Positions 42,057 through 55,383 of a stretch of DNA of 64,000 bases are shown here, one piece after another. Position 1 is the first letter of the stretch. Each line of letters starts with the position of its first letter. A program made the translations under genes and the position numbers. This stretch comes from Candidatus Krumholzibacteriia bacterium (lineage in GTDB: Bacteria; Krumholzibacteriota; Krumholzibacteriia; Krumholzibacteriales; Krumholzibacteriaceae). Location: positions 1 to 64,000 of the forward strand of contig CAWIIQ010000001.1 in assembly GCA_963836185.1 (NCBI GenBank). The letters run 5' to 3'. The notes below the pieces were generated by a model. The model did not search any database and was not told where the DNA came from. It saw nothing but the letters and a program-made list of their open reading frames with translations.

Positions 42057-43304
42057 ATGGAAATAGCAGAACTGAAAAAGAGAAAGATCGACGAGCTGAT
42101 GGCGATGGCCGTCGAGCTGAAGATCAGCGAGGCGAGCAGCCTGAGGAAGCAGGAGCTGATATTCAGGATCCTCGAGGAGCAGGCCAAGCAGAACGGCTTC
42201 ATATTCAACGAGGGAGTCCTCCAGGTCCTGCCGGAAGGTTACGGATTCCTCAGGTCGCCCGATTACAATTATCTTCCCGGGCCGGATGACATCTATGTCT
42301 CGCCGTCCCAGATCAAGAAGTTCTCTCTCCGCACGGGAGATACCGTGTCGGGGCAGGTGAGGTCGCCAAAGGATTCGGAGAGGTATTTCGCCCTTCTGAA
42401 GGTCGAGGCGGTCAACGGGGAGCATCCGGAGGAAGCGAAGAAGAAGACTCTCTTCGACAACCTCACGCCCCTTTATCCAGAGGATATGATCAACCTCGAG
42501 CACGAGCCGGGGGATATGTCGACGAGGCTGATGAACCTGCTCACGCCGATAGGCAAGGGGCAGAGGGCCCTGATCGTAGCCCCGCCGAGGACAGGAAAGA
42601 CGATCCTTCTCCAGAAGATAGCCAACTCGATAACGGCGAATCACCCCGAAATAGTACTTATCGTCCTTCTGATAGACGAGCGCCCCGAAGAGGTCACGGA
42701 CATGCAGCGTTCGGTGCATGGCGAGGTCATCAGCTCGACTTTCGACGAGCCGGCCGACAGGCACGTGCATGTCGCCGATATGGTCATCCAGAAGGCGAAG
42801 CGGCTTGTGGAGCACGGCAAGGACGTCGTGATCCTGCTCGACTCGATCACGAGGCTTGCCAGGGCGCACAATGCCGTCGTCCCCCATTCGGGCAAGATCC
42901 TCTCGGGAGGCGTCGACTCCAACGCGCTCCAGAGGCCGAAGAGGTTCTTCGGCGCGGCCCGTAACACGGAGGAGCAGGGAAGCCTGACGATCATCGCCAC
43001 GGCTCTTATCGAGACGGGAAGCCGGATGGACGAGGTCATCTTCGAGGAGTTCAAGGGAACGGGTAACCTCGAGATAGTCCTCGACCGCAGGCTCGCCGAC
43101 AAGAGGGTATGGCCGGCGATCGACATCTTCCGCTCGGGAACGAGGAAGGAAGAGCTTCTTCTCGACGAGAAGGTGCTGAGCAAGGTCTATATCCTCCGCA
43201 AGTTCCTCAGCGACAAGTCCTGCGTCGAGGCGATGGAGTTCCTTCTCGACAAGGTTTCGAGGACGAAAACGAACAATAAATTCCTCCAGTCGATGAACGC
43301 TTAA
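42057..43304 (+). CDS. rho: Transcription termination factor Rho
   Basis: [43 protein letters not shown]. Confidence 0.98.
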   Translation: MEIAELKKRKIDELMAMAVELKISEASSLRKQELIFRILEEQAKQNGFIFNEGVLQVLPEGYGFLRSPDYNYLPGPDDIYVSPSQIKKFSLRTGDTVSGQVRSPKDSERYFALLKVEAVNGEHPEEAKKKTLFDNLTPLYPEDMINLEHEPGDMSTRLMNLLTPIGKGQRALIVAPPRTGKTILLQKIANSITANHPEIVLIVLLIDERPEEVTDMQRSVHGEVISSTFDEPADRHVHVADMVIQKAKRLVEHGKDVVILLDSITRLARAHNAVVPHSGKILSGGVDSNALQRPKRFFGAARNTEEQGSLTIIATALIETGSRMDEVIFEEFKGTGNLEIVLDRRLADKRVWPAIDIFRSGTRKEELLLDEKVLSKVYILRKFLSDKSCVEAMEFLLDKVSRTKTNNKFLQSMNA

Positions 43305-43421
43305 CGGCCGCTGGAAGAAAATTATGTTTGATATCGCCGGGGCGTGTTATTAAATTGTCTATTCCCCGGCAGTTGCCGATTTAATGGAAGTGATAACAGG
43401 GATAATACCGGAGAAAATGAG

Positions 43422-43652
43422 ATGAAGAAGGAAATCCATCCCGAGTACAAGCCGACGACGATCACCTGCCTCTGTGGCAACGTGATAGAAACACGTTCCA
43501 CCGCGGAAGAGATCCACGTCGAGATCTGCTCGCAGTGCCACCCGTTTTTCACCGGAAAGCAGAAGCTGATCGATACGGCGGGACGCGTCGAGAGATTCCA
43601 GCGCAAGTACGGCGATTACAGGAAGAAAGCCGGCGAGCAGGGCAAGAAGTAG
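43422..43652 (+). CDS. rpmE: 50S ribosomal protein L31 (Zn-binding type)
   Basis: [28 protein letters not shown]. Confidence 0.97.
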   Translation: MKKEIHPEYKPTTITCLCGNVIETRSTAEEIHVEICSQCHPFFTGKQKLIDTAGRVERFQRKYGDYRKKAGEQGKK

Positions 43653-43701
43653 CTCCAGCCTCACTGGTCTTCAATCAGGACAGAGGGAAGTATGCCCGAC
43701 T

Positions 43702-44610
43702 GTGGGGGAAAAACGTCCCCAGGTCGGCGGCCAGGCCGTTATCGAGGGCGTGATGATGCGTTCGCCCTCCGGCATAGCCACGGCTGTCCGGACACAGAGC
43801 GGCAGGATCGTGGTCAGGACCGAGCCTTTTGTCAGCCTCACTAAAAAATCGAAGTTCTTCGGCCTTCCCGTGATACGCGGAGCGGTGGCCCTTATCGAGA
43901 CGTTCATCGTGGCGCTCAAGGCGCTTGCCTTCTCGGCCGACGAATCGATCAGCGAGGATGACGATGAAGAGAGAAAGAGAGCGACGGGAGTATCGTGGCA
44001 GATGGGCCTGGCCATGGCCGGGGCGGTCCTGCTCGGAATGGCGCTCTTCTTCTATGTCCCTCTTCTGCTGACGGAGCTTCTCGGGATCGAGAACGGCATC
44101 CTGTTCAACCTCGTCGACGGGCTCTTCAGGCTGATCATCATATTCCTCTATATCTACGCGATCACCCGGTGGAAGGACATGCAGAGGGTCTTCGAGTATC
44201 ACGGCGCCGAGCACAAGGCGATCTTCACATTCGAGGAGGGCGTCGAGGTGACGCCGGAGAACGCGATGAGACATCCGCGTCTCCATCCGAGGTGCAGCAC
44301 GTCCTTTCTTCTCATCGTGGTCCTTGTCAGTGTGATCGTCTTCACCTTTACCGGCAGGCCGGACAACATCGGCCAGAGGTTCTTCCGGCTCGCGATGATC
44401 CCCCTGATCGGCGGCCTGTCGTACGAGGTGCTCAAGGCATCCTCGAGGCCGAAGTTCCGAAAGTTCTTCGGGTTCGTCTACTGGCCGGGGATCATGATGC
44501 AGAAGCTCACTACCAGGGAGCCGTCCATCGACCAGATCGAAGTGGCCATAGCCGCCCTGAACGCCAGCCTGGCGGACAATTTACTGGAATCCAGACAGTT
44601 TATAGATTAG
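43702..44610 (+). CDS. DUF1385 (YqhQ-like) membrane protein
   Basis: [34 protein letters not shown]; usual rpmE-prfA context. Confidence 0.9.
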   Translation: MGEKRPQVGGQAVIEGVMMRSPSGIATAVRTQSGRIVVRTEPFVSLTKKSKFFGLPVIRGAVALIETFIVALKALAFSADESISEDDDEERKRATGVSWQMGLAMAGAVLLGMALFFYVPLLLTELLGIENGILFNLVDGLFRLIIIFLYIYAITRWKDMQRVFEYHGAEHKAIFTFEEGVEVTPENAMRHPRLHPRCSTSFLLIVVLVSVIVFTFTGRPDNIGQRFFRLAMIPLIGGLSYEVLKASSRPKFRKFFGFVYWPGIMMQKLTTREPSIDQIEVAIAALNASLADNLLESRQFID

Positions 44611-44683
44611 TGTTTTTTGCGGGATCAGCGGCCGGAAGCGGAATCTTCCGCGCGTGCCGTACCCTTTCCGCCGGAGGACCGGA

Positions 44684-45782
44684 ATGAGCAGTAACGACAG
44701 ATATGACAATGTCCTTTCCCGCTACGACCAGCTCGGCGAAGAGCTGGGCAAGCCGGAAAACATCAGGGACCAGAGAAAGTACAGGGAGCTTGCCCGCGAA
44801 CGGAGCGACCTCGGCGCCGCCGTGACTGCGATAAAGGAATATCTCGAGCTGGCGGCGACGGCCGCTGACGACGACGAGGCGGTCTCCGCCTCGGATGACG
44901 AGGAGCTCGTCGAGATGGCGAAAGCGGAGCTCGAGGAGATAAGGCCGCGGATGGCCGAGCTCGAGGAGAAGATAAAGCTGCTCCTCATCCCGAGCGACCC
45001 GGACGATTCGCGGAACACGGTCTTTGAGATAAGGGCCGGAACGGGCGGGGACGAGGCGGCCCTCTTCGCCGCCGACCTGGCGAGGATGTACAGGCTCTAC
45101 GCCGAGGGGCAGAAGTGGAAGATCGAGATACTCAGCAGCAACGTGACCGAGAAGGGCGGCTTCAAGGAGATCATCTTCCTTATCACCGGAGAGAACGCGT
45201 TCGGGAACCTCAAGTTCGAGAGCGGCGTGCACAGGGTCCAGAGGGTCCCGGTCACCGAGTCGGGCGGGAGGATACATACCTCGGCGGTCTCCGTCGCGGT
45301 GCTTCCCGAGGCCGAAGAGGTCGATATCGACATCGAGGCGAATGACCTCAAGATAGATGTCTACAGGTCGAGCGGGCCGGGCGGACAGAGCGTCAACACG
45401 ACGGACTCCGCCGTCCGCATCACGCATATCCCGACCGGGCTCGTCGTCACCTGCCAGGACGAGAAATCCCAGCACAAGAACAAGGCCAAGGCGCTCAAGG
45501 TGCTCAGATCGCGTCTTCTCGAGAAGGCGCGCAGCGAGCAGGAGGCCGAGGTCGCCGCCCAGAGGCGGAGCATGGTCGGCTCGGGCGACCGCAGCGCCAA
45601 GATCAGGACGTACAACTTCCCGCAGGGAAGGGTCACCGATCACAGGATAGGGCTGACGGTGCACAATCTCGGAGGTATCCTCGACGGTGACCTCGACGCA
45701 GGTCATCGAGGAACTTGCCGTGGCTCACCGCGAGGAGCTTCTCGCGATGGAAATGGAAAAGGGAAACGCAGCGGAGGGTTGA
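44684..45782 (+). CDS. prfA: Peptide chain release factor 1 (frameshift near 45700)
   Basis: PVT recognition motif, [18 protein letters not shown]; C-terminal helix continues in another frame to TGA 45782. Confidence 0.95.
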
Positions 45783-45786
45783 CGGA

Positions 45787-47912
<2,126 letters not shown>

Positions 47913-49839
47913 TTGAAACACGTGATAATAGGAACCGCCGGGCATGTCGACCACGGCAAGACCGAGCTGGTCAAAGCGCTCACGGGGCATGATACCGACC
48001 GTCTCTCCGAGGAGAAGAAGCGGGGGATATCGATCGTCCTGGGATTCGCTCCGATAGATCTCGGCTCCGGATGTCGAGGCCGGCGTCGTCGATGTGCCGG
48101 GCCACGAGCGGTTCGTAAAGAACATGGTCTCCGGAGCTGTCGGTGTCGACGTCGCGCTGATCGTAGTCGCTGCCGACGAGGGCGTGATGCCCCAGACAGA
48201 GGAACACTTCGAGGTGCTCCGGCTGCTCGGCGTCCGCAGCGGCGTGATCGCCATCACAAAGATGGACCTCGCCGACGATGAGATCGCCGGCGTGGTCGAA
48301 AGCGAGGTCGCCGACCTTCTCGAGGGGACGCAGCTCGAGGGCAGCCCGTTCGTGAGGACATCGATAGTCATCGGCGAGGGGATAGAGGAGACTAAGGGCG
48401 GCGCTCCTGGCGCGTGCCTCGGAAGAGGTGGCAGGGAGGATCGCCCGGCGGATTCTTCAGGATGCCTGTCGACAGGGTCTTCACGAGAAGCGGCATAGGG
48501 ACGATCGTGACCGGGACGACATGGAGCGGGCACGTTAAGAGCGGGGGACGAGACTGGCGCTTGAGCCGCAGGGGCGTAAAGTCAGGGTGAGAGAGGTCCA
48601 GTCGTTCGAGCATGATATCGGCGAGTCGGTCTCGGGGATGCGCACGGCGCTGGCCCTTCACGGCGTCAAGGTCGAGGATGTATCTACGGAAACCAGCTCG
48701 ATCGAACAGGGCGTGCTTCCCGTCTCTTCGATGATCGATGTCCGTATCGAGATGAGCACCCTGCCCGGCTCGAAACTCAAGAACAGGCAGAGGGTGAGAT
48801 TCCATCATGCCGCAGCCGAGCTTCTGGCGCGCGTGGTCCTTCTTGACAGCCGAGCAGCTCGGGCCGGGCGACAGCGGGATGATCCAGCTGCGTCTCGAGA
48901 AGCCGGCCGCCGCTATGGGAGGCGACCGGTTCGTGCTGCGGACATATTCGCCGATGAGGATACTTGCCGGGGGACGGATCCTCGATCCAGCGGCGCCGAA
49001 GGAGAAACGTTTCCAGGAAGACAGGCTGGCGCTCCTTGCCGAGCTCGATTCGGGAGAGGCGGAGCGTATGGTCGAAGCCCTCGCGGCTGCCGCGGGACCG
49101 GCGGGACTCGTGCCGGGCAGGCTCTCGATGTACGGGATCGGGCCATGAGGCGGCGATTAAAACGGCGCGGGCCCTCGAGGCGGCGGGAACCCTCGGCTCG
49201 GACGGCGACCGGTTTTATCACCACGATACGGTGGAGCGATGCGAAGAAAAGATATTCGCCGCCCTGGACGAATGTTACCGGCGGGAACGAGCTGGTATGG
49301 GGCGTCGACCGCGAGGAGCTCCGCGCGCTTGCCGGACTTACGGGCAGCCCCCTCTTCGACCATCTGCTCGAGAAGGGCAGGTCCGGCGGGAAGCTCTTCT
49401 TCAAGGGGGGCAAGGTCAGGGCCGGCTCGGACGAGCTCGAGCTTACCGGAGAGATGAAGGCCTCGTCGAGAAGCTCGGAGGCCTTCTTCGCTGAAGCGGG
49501 ATGGAAGTTTCCGATGAAGGGCGACCTCCTCAAGGCAGCGGCGGGCGACGAGAAAAAGATGAACAGCTGTCATCCATATATTGCAGGATGGCGGGAAGAT
49601 AGTGCGCGTCGGGGGAGAGGGCTGGATATCGGCTGCAGCTCTGTCCGGGATCACATCAAAGGTGGCCGGAGATCATCGGAGAGAAAGGCTCGATGACGAT
49701 CGGGGATTTCAAGGACGCGTTCGGGCTGTCGAGGAAATATGCCGTCCCGCTGCTCGAATATCTCGACATGAATAACTTTACGAGGCGCGAAGGAGATGCA
49801 AGGGTAGCGGGCCCCGCGCTGGAGGGAGAAACAGGATGA
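47913..49839 (+). CDS. selB: Selenocysteine-specific elongation factor (multiple frameshifts)
   Basis: [57 protein letters not shown]-terminal [15 protein letters not shown]. Confidence 0.92.
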
Positions 49840-50906
49840 GAGGGCAGGCGGAGAGAAGGAAGACGAAACAGGTCTTCTACGGTGGTGTGGCTGTAGGCGG
49901 GGATGCTCCCGTCAGCATCCAGTCGATGTGCACCTGTCCTGCTTCCCTCACGGAGGAGGCCATCCTCGAGACCGGGGCGCTGGCCCGTGCCGGCTGCCAG
50001 ATAGTCCGTGTCGCGATCCGTGACGAGGGCGACCTCGCGGCGCTCCCGGCGATCATCGCTGAGAGCAGCATGCCGGTAATAGCCGACATCCATTTCCATC
50101 ACATCCTTGCCGTCGGCGCGGCGAAAGCGGGCGCTGCCGGACTGCGGATCAACCCCGGCAACATCGGGAGCGAGGAGAAGGTGCGGGCGGTGATAGAAGC
50201 GGCGGGTGAAGCGGGGATACCGGTCCGAGTAGGAGTCAACGCGGGAAGCCTCGAGAAGAGGCTGAAGGATCTCGCGCACAGCGAGCCGGCGAGGGCCCTG
50301 AGCGAGAGCGCCTCCCGGTACATGGAGATGATCTCGGGATGGGGATTCAAGGAGATGATATTCAGCCTCAAGTCCTCCGATCCGGATGTCACGGTCGAGG
50401 CGAACGCCCTCTTTGCCACGGGCAATGACTACCCGATCCACGCGGGCGTTACCGAGGCGGGCCCGCCGCTCAGCGGCGCCGCAAGATCGGTAGTCGCGCT
50501 GACGAAGCTCCTGTCCATGGGGATCGGGGATACGATCCGCGTATCGCTCTCAGGCGATCCGGTCAACGAGGTGATCGTGGCTGCCGCCCTGCTCACATCG
50601 CTCGGATTGCGGGACGATTTTCCGAGGATCATATCGTGCCCGACCTGCGGCAGGTGCCATCTCGAGGTCGGATCGATCGCCGCCAGGCTCGAGAGAGAGA
50701 TCAGCGGGTGCGGAGCGGATATCAGCGTTGCGGTGATGGGATGCGAGGTGAACGGTCCCGGGGAGGCCCGTGAGGCCGATATCGGGATCGCCGGCTCGAA
50801 GAAGGGCGCGGTCCTCTTCCGCAGGGGCGAGATCGTCCGTATGATCGACGGGGACCCCCTCGAGACCCTTCTCGCGGAGGTCAGGGCCCTCCTCGACGAG
50901 GCGTAA
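49836..50906 (+). CDS. ispG: HMB-PP synthase (GcpE)
   Basis: IQSM, ADIHF, RINPGN, GVNAGS, GVTEAG, SCPTCGR, MGCEVNGPGE. Confidence 0.96.
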   Translation: MRGQAERRKTKQVFYGGVAVGGDAPVSIQSMCTCPASLTEEAILETGALARAGCQIVRVAIRDEGDLAALPAIIAESSMPVIADIHFHHILAVGAAKAGAAGLRINPGNIGSEEKVRAVIEAAGEAGIPVRVGVNAGSLEKRLKDLAHSEPARALSESASRYMEMISGWGFKEMIFSLKSSDPDVTVEANALFATGNDYPIHAGVTEAGPPLSGAARSVVALTKLLSMGIGDTIRVSLSGDPVNEVIVAAALLTSLGLRDDFPRIISCPTCGRCHLEVGSIAARLEREISGCGADISVAVMGCEVNGPGEAREADIGIAGSKKGAVLFRRGEIVRMIDGDPLETLLAEVRALLDEA

Positions 50907-51069
50907 ACTATTTTTACAATACGTCCGTTTATCAGACAGAATCATCTGGAAAAATTATTGAAAGTATGGTATATTCGGTCCCGCACGAAGATATGACCTG
51001 TTCTGTGGAAATTTTCAACGGACAGGGAGTGAAGTGGCATCTACCCATGAGGTAGAGAGGAGGTCTTTG

Positions 51070-51438
51070 ATGAGGGGCAGCAGCAAGATCCTGATGGCGC
51101 TTATCGCCGTGATCATTCTCGCCGCACCTTTCGCCAAGGCGGAAGACGAATTATGTCTGCCCACAGATAAGACAGCAGGGTCGACTTACAAGGTGGTCAT
51201 CTTTGACAACGTGATCTACAGGATAGTTACTGACATACCCTGTGAAATGTTGTTTTACAAGGTCGATAATGATCACCATTCTCTGACCATCAAGCCCGCC
51301 GGCGATAAGGTGACGGTGACACCGTTCTGTGTGGTGTCTGTCCAGTGGGGATCTTTCCCTCCGTTGTCACTTGGCCTGGAAATCGGCGGAAGCAACAGTT
51401 GGCTCCTTGGAACGGAAACGGGCTACGCGGAGAAATAG
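51070..51438 (+). CDS. Exported hypothetical beta-rich protein
   Basis: SD GAGGAGG; signal peptide ending AKA; AT-rich promoter region with TGGTATATT. Confidence 0.7.
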   Translation: MRGSSKILMALIAVIILAAPFAKAEDELCLPTDKTAGSTYKVVIFDNVIYRIVTDIPCEMLFYKVDNDHHSLTIKPAGDKVTVTPFCVVSVQWGSFPPLSLGLEIGGSNSWLLGTETGYAEK

Positions 51439-51588
51439 CCGAGAAAGAAATTTAACGCGCCTTCAAGAAATTTTACCCGTCTTCGGGAGGCCCGGCATTG
51501 GAGAAGTGACATCTTTTTCAGGCGGGCCTCGATTTGTATTCGGGGCAGCCGTTTAGAGTGATGCCTCTTTCGCCCCATTTAGGCAGGT

Positions 51589-51604
51589 CTGGTACGGCTC
51601 TTGC
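51589..51604 (+). promoter_or_regulatory. Putative sigma54 -24/-12 promoter with no downstream CDS
   Basis: CTGGTACGGCTCTTGC (GG-N10-GC). Confidence 0.6.
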
Positions 51605-51615
51605 CCTCTATATAT

Positions 51616-51714
51616 TTCCCGTTGGTAACAGGAAGCGATGGCTGATGCGGTTGCGGACGAAGGATGTCCCGGCCGCGCAGAAAGAAGAGGAGCCCGAGAG
51701 GGCTCCTCTTCTTA
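51616..51714 (+). ncRNA. Candidate sigma54-dependent small RNA
   Basis: Lies between a -24/-12 motif and a terminator; three hairpins, the middle one with an AAGGA loop. Confidence 0.5.
51682..51713. terminator. Bidirectional intrinsic terminator
   Basis: AAGAAGAGGAGCCC-GAGA-GGGCTCCTCTTCTT, perfect 14-bp stem with GNRA loop. Confidence 0.8.
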
Positions 51715-51737
51715 TCCATTCGAAGAGGATATTCGAA

Positions 51738-53412
51738 TCAATCCCCGATACTGCTTTCCGGAAGGCGCGGAGTGACAAAGAGGGTCTTCGACCTGATGCA
51801 GGTGGCCGTGCCCGGCTTCGCGCCGCGCGCGCGCCGGACATACTTCTTCTCGGCGCAGATCACCGGGACAGTTCCAGAGCCTCTCGCCTTGCTGAACCAG
51901 GCGGCGACTTCGGCGGCCTTTTCTATCACACTCGCCGGTGTCGAGCGGTTGGCGCCCCTCAGTACGACGTGCGAGCCGGGTGTTCCCTGGGCGTGGAACC
52001 AGAGGTCCGTCGGTTTCGCGTACCGGTGGGTGAGCTCGTCGTTCTCCCTGTCGCTCTTGCCGACCAGTATCGTGTGGGTGTCGTCCAATTTGAAAGACTT
52101 GAAGCGGGGCTTTCCATCTTCTTTGTCCTTAGCCTTAAGTGTGCCGTGAATGCCCTCCGGGATGATCATGGCTGCAAGTTCGGCTATATCCTCGATCGCG
52201 TCGGTCCTCGCGATGCTTTTTTCGAGGTCCGTTACGTCTTCCCTTATGCTCGCCCTGCGGGCCTTGATTATTTCGAGCCCCTTGTCGCCTTTCTTTGCCC
52301 TGCGGAAATAGGCCTGGATGTTCTTCTCGGGATCGAGGGCGGGATCGAGCGGTATGGTGATCTCGTCCTCGCCGTTGAAATCCATCGCCGTGATCTCATC
52401 CATCCCCGTCCTGAGCCTGTGCCGCCATGTGACGAGCATGTTCCCCATGTATCGCAGCTCTTCGGCGCGTCTCGCCGACTCGAGATCCTCCTCGACATTG
52501 GCGAGGAGGCGGCGCGTCTTCTTCAGAGCACGGCGATGATGCTTCGACGCCGCTTTTTTCAGCCAGACGGTATAGACGGGCAGGATCTTCTCTTCGCTTC
52601 TCATGTCGAAGACGGCCGTCATCTCATCCGGGCTGCCTGTCCTCGGGCCGAAAGGGATCGCGACCGGATATGCCGCACAGCTTCCGCGGTCACCCGCCTC
52701 GGGGAGATCGTAGATCTTCCATTCGAATGTGCCGGATGAGAGGCGCTCACCGATCTCCCTGACCGCTCCGGTCAGCCCCTCCGGATCCGATCCGAATTTC
52801 GCGGCGAGGGCCTTCGAGAGGACCGGGTCGATCCCTCCGATCGCCCTTACGAGAAGAGAGGAAATGTCCGGTTCCTGCTTCTCATCTTCCTGCCCATCCA
52901 CCATGGGGATATCGATATCCCACTTATCCGGCAGGGCGAGAAGGGTCCATCTCTTCGGCGGGGGAAGCTGGCCGGGCGAACCGGGCGGACGTGAACCCGA
53001 AGCGCCGAATGTCTCGAGGGCATGCCTTGTCCCCTCCCTGAAAAGGGCCGCCGCCCGGAATACCGGTGAGAGGTCTATCCTGAGGGTAAGGGCTCCGCTT
53101 TCGCCCCAGCTCTTTTTCTCGTCGAATCTCATGAGGATGACGCGGTCGAGGCCGAGAGGCTCGACAGACGCGACCTGCGTTCCGGCCAGGTCGCTCAGGA
53201 AAGGCTTCGAAACCTCTTCGGGCAGCAGCCTCTCCCCGGAGAGGATGATCTCCGATTCCCTTCCCGCGCTGACGAGGTGGAGAAAGCGGCGGCCCTTCGC
53301 CCGAGAAGACGATAGTCATCCCTCCGGCGAATCTCGAGGCCGACTCGACGGTCCTGCCCCTGAGCAGCACGTCGAGCTCGATGGCGAATGCGTATGCGGT
53401 CATTGAGTTCAC
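51738..53412 (-). CDS. rqcH: RqcH/Rqc2 (NFACT, FbpA-like) ribosome quality-control protein (frameshifted at the 5' end)
   Basis: IPLDPALDPEKNIQAYFRRAKK; NFACT-R ILVGKSDRENDELT, DLWFHAQGTPGSHVV, AAWFSK. Confidence 0.88.
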
Positions 53413-53539
53413 GGCGGAAGCATAAGTGTCGGGAGGGCTTAAGTCAAACTGAACCGCTTCCGTCGATTTTGTGGACAGGAAAGGCGGATGACTGTAATAT
53501 CACGGCCGAAGCGAAAATAATCTGGAAGGAGAATATCAG

Positions 53540-54416
53540 ATGGTGACGAGTATGACCGGGTACGGAAAGGGCTCCGCGCCGGTCGGCGGCGGGAAGATCG
53601 ATGTAGAGATACGAACGGTGAACCACAGGTTCATAGACTTCTCGATCAGGGTTCCCAGGCCTCTGAACGGTTACGAGAGGGAGATAGAGAAAGCGGTGAG
53701 GCGCAAGGTCAGGCGCGGCCATGTCTACGTCAATGTCATCTTCGACAAGCCGGCGGATTCGACGACGTCGGCGGTAAATAAAAAGCTCCTCAGGCAGACA
53801 TACAGGGAACTGACCTCCTTCGCGAAGAAGGAAGGGATCCCCGGCGAGCTCGAGATAGGCACTCTTCTGATGCTGCCCGACATGTTCAGGCCGGAGATAG
53901 ACACGATCCCGCCGGCCAGCCCTGAAGGCCGCTCTGAAGAAGTCCCTCGCCGAAGCGGTCGACAACCTGGCCGATATGAGGGACAGGGAAGGGAAAACCC
54001 TTCAGGCCGATATGGCAAAGAGGCTGAAGGATATATCGAAGGCGGCGGCGAAGATCGAGAAGAAGGCACCGAAGGCTCTCAAGCAGACTCTCGAGAGGGC
54101 GCACAAAAGGCTGGAGAATCTCCTGGGGAAGGCCGAGGTCAGCAGCGACAGGTGGGCGATCGAGGCTGCGGCTCTTGCCGACAGGACGGACTTCTCCGAG
54201 GAGCTGGTCAGGCTGAACAGCCATCTCGGTGAGTTCGCCGCGGTGCTCGGCAAAGGCGGAGAGATTTCGAAGAAACTGACCTTCCTCCTTCAGGAGATCC
54301 ACCGCGAAGCGACGACGATGGGCAACAAGTCTGCCGACCCGGTAGTCATCAGGGACTGCCTCGCGATCAAGGAAGAGGTCGAGAAGATCAGGGAACAGGT
54401 ACAGAACCTCGAGTGA
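53540..54416 (+). CDS. yicC: YicC-family endoribonuclease (frameshift near 53915)
   Basis: SMTGYG, RTVNHRF, EELVRLNSH, LQEIHREATTMGNK, EKIREQVQNLE. Confidence 0.92.
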
Positions 54417-54429
54417 CGGGATATACGCC

Positions 54430-55017
54430 TTGGAGACTCTGATAGTAGTGATATCCGGCCCTTCGGGGGTCGGCAAGTCTACCGTTGCCGGGATGGTCCT
54501 CGAAAAGTCGCCCGGCATGGTCAGGTCGGTCTCGTTGACCACGAGAAAACCGAGGGGCGCTGACGTCGACGGCGAGGATTACCATTTCGTATCGGAGGCC
54601 GAGTTCGCCGCGAGGCGGGATGCCGGCGCTCTCCTCGAGTGGGCCGAGGTCCACGGCAATCTCTACGGGACCGAAGCGGCGCAGGTAGACCGGCAGCTCG
54701 CCGGGGGAAAGAGCGTCCTGCTCGAGATCGATGTCCAGGGAGGCAGGAGCGTGAAAACGGCCAGACCGGACGCCGTCCTCATATTTCTGCTCCCCCCGTC
54801 TGACGAGATCCTCGAGACCCGGCTCAGGGGCAGGGGCACGGACGATGAGGAGGTGATCCTCAAAAGGCTCGCGAACGCCCGCAGGGAGCTCCTGTCGGCA
54901 AAACACTACGATTACACAGTCGTCAACGACCATCTCGACGGATGCGTAAGCGAGGTGCTCGGAATCATCGGGGCCGAATCGGGGTCGATGCGGCCGAAAG
55001 GTCCTGAACTCACATAA
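54430..55017 (+). CDS. gmk: Guanylate kinase
   Basis: SGPSGVGKST, TTRKPR, DYHFVS, LEIDVQG. Confidence 0.96.
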   Translation: METLIVVISGPSGVGKSTVAGMVLEKSPGMVRSVSLTTRKPRGADVDGEDYHFVSEAEFAARRDAGALLEWAEVHGNLYGTEAAQVDRQLAGGKSVLLEIDVQGGRSVKTARPDAVLIFLLPPSDEILETRLRGRGTDDEEVILKRLANARRELLSAKHYDYTVVNDHLDGCVSEVLGIIGAESGSMRPKGPELT

Positions 55018-55173
55018 TGATATAGGTATTGCTAATTCCCGGGATTTGTATTAGTAATATATATTCCTGCAAAATCCGGCCGGAGAGGCGCGCCGGCAGC
55101 GCCCGGGGTGTCGTGTCTCTTCCGCGGAAAGCGGGATGAGGAGAACTGCCGTTTAAAACTGAGAGGTTAATAG

Positions 55174-55383
55174 ATGGAGACTGAATCAATGGAAAAGATC
55201 CTGGAAACGATTGACAACAGGTACGAAGCAATCAGGGTCATCGCCAAAGAGGCCCGCAGGATAAACACGATCATCCGGCTCTCCGGGGAAGAGTTCGACG
55301 AGAAACCCACTACTATCGCGATCAATCGTACGGTCGCCGGGAAAGTGAAATTCAAGTATGAGCAGCAGGAGGAGCAGGAGTAA
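55174..55383 (+). CDS. rpoZ: RNA polymerase omega subunit
   Basis: NRYEAIRVIAKEARRIN, KPTTIA; gmk-rpoZ-coaBC synteny. Confidence 0.88.
   Translation: METESMEKILETIDNRYEAIRVIAKEARRINTIIRLSGEEFDEKPTTIAINRTVAGKVKFKYEQQEEQE

Noticed and set aside
45690-45782. Programmed frameshift in the release factor gene
   Set aside because: The known recoding is in prfB near the 5' end (CTT TGA); this gene is prfA (PVT motif) and the break is at the 3' end
51534-52739. 401-aa + strand ORF and a short ATG-51638 ORF over the sRNA candidate
   Set aside because: Both run through a strong terminator into the antisense of rqcH and lack protein-like features
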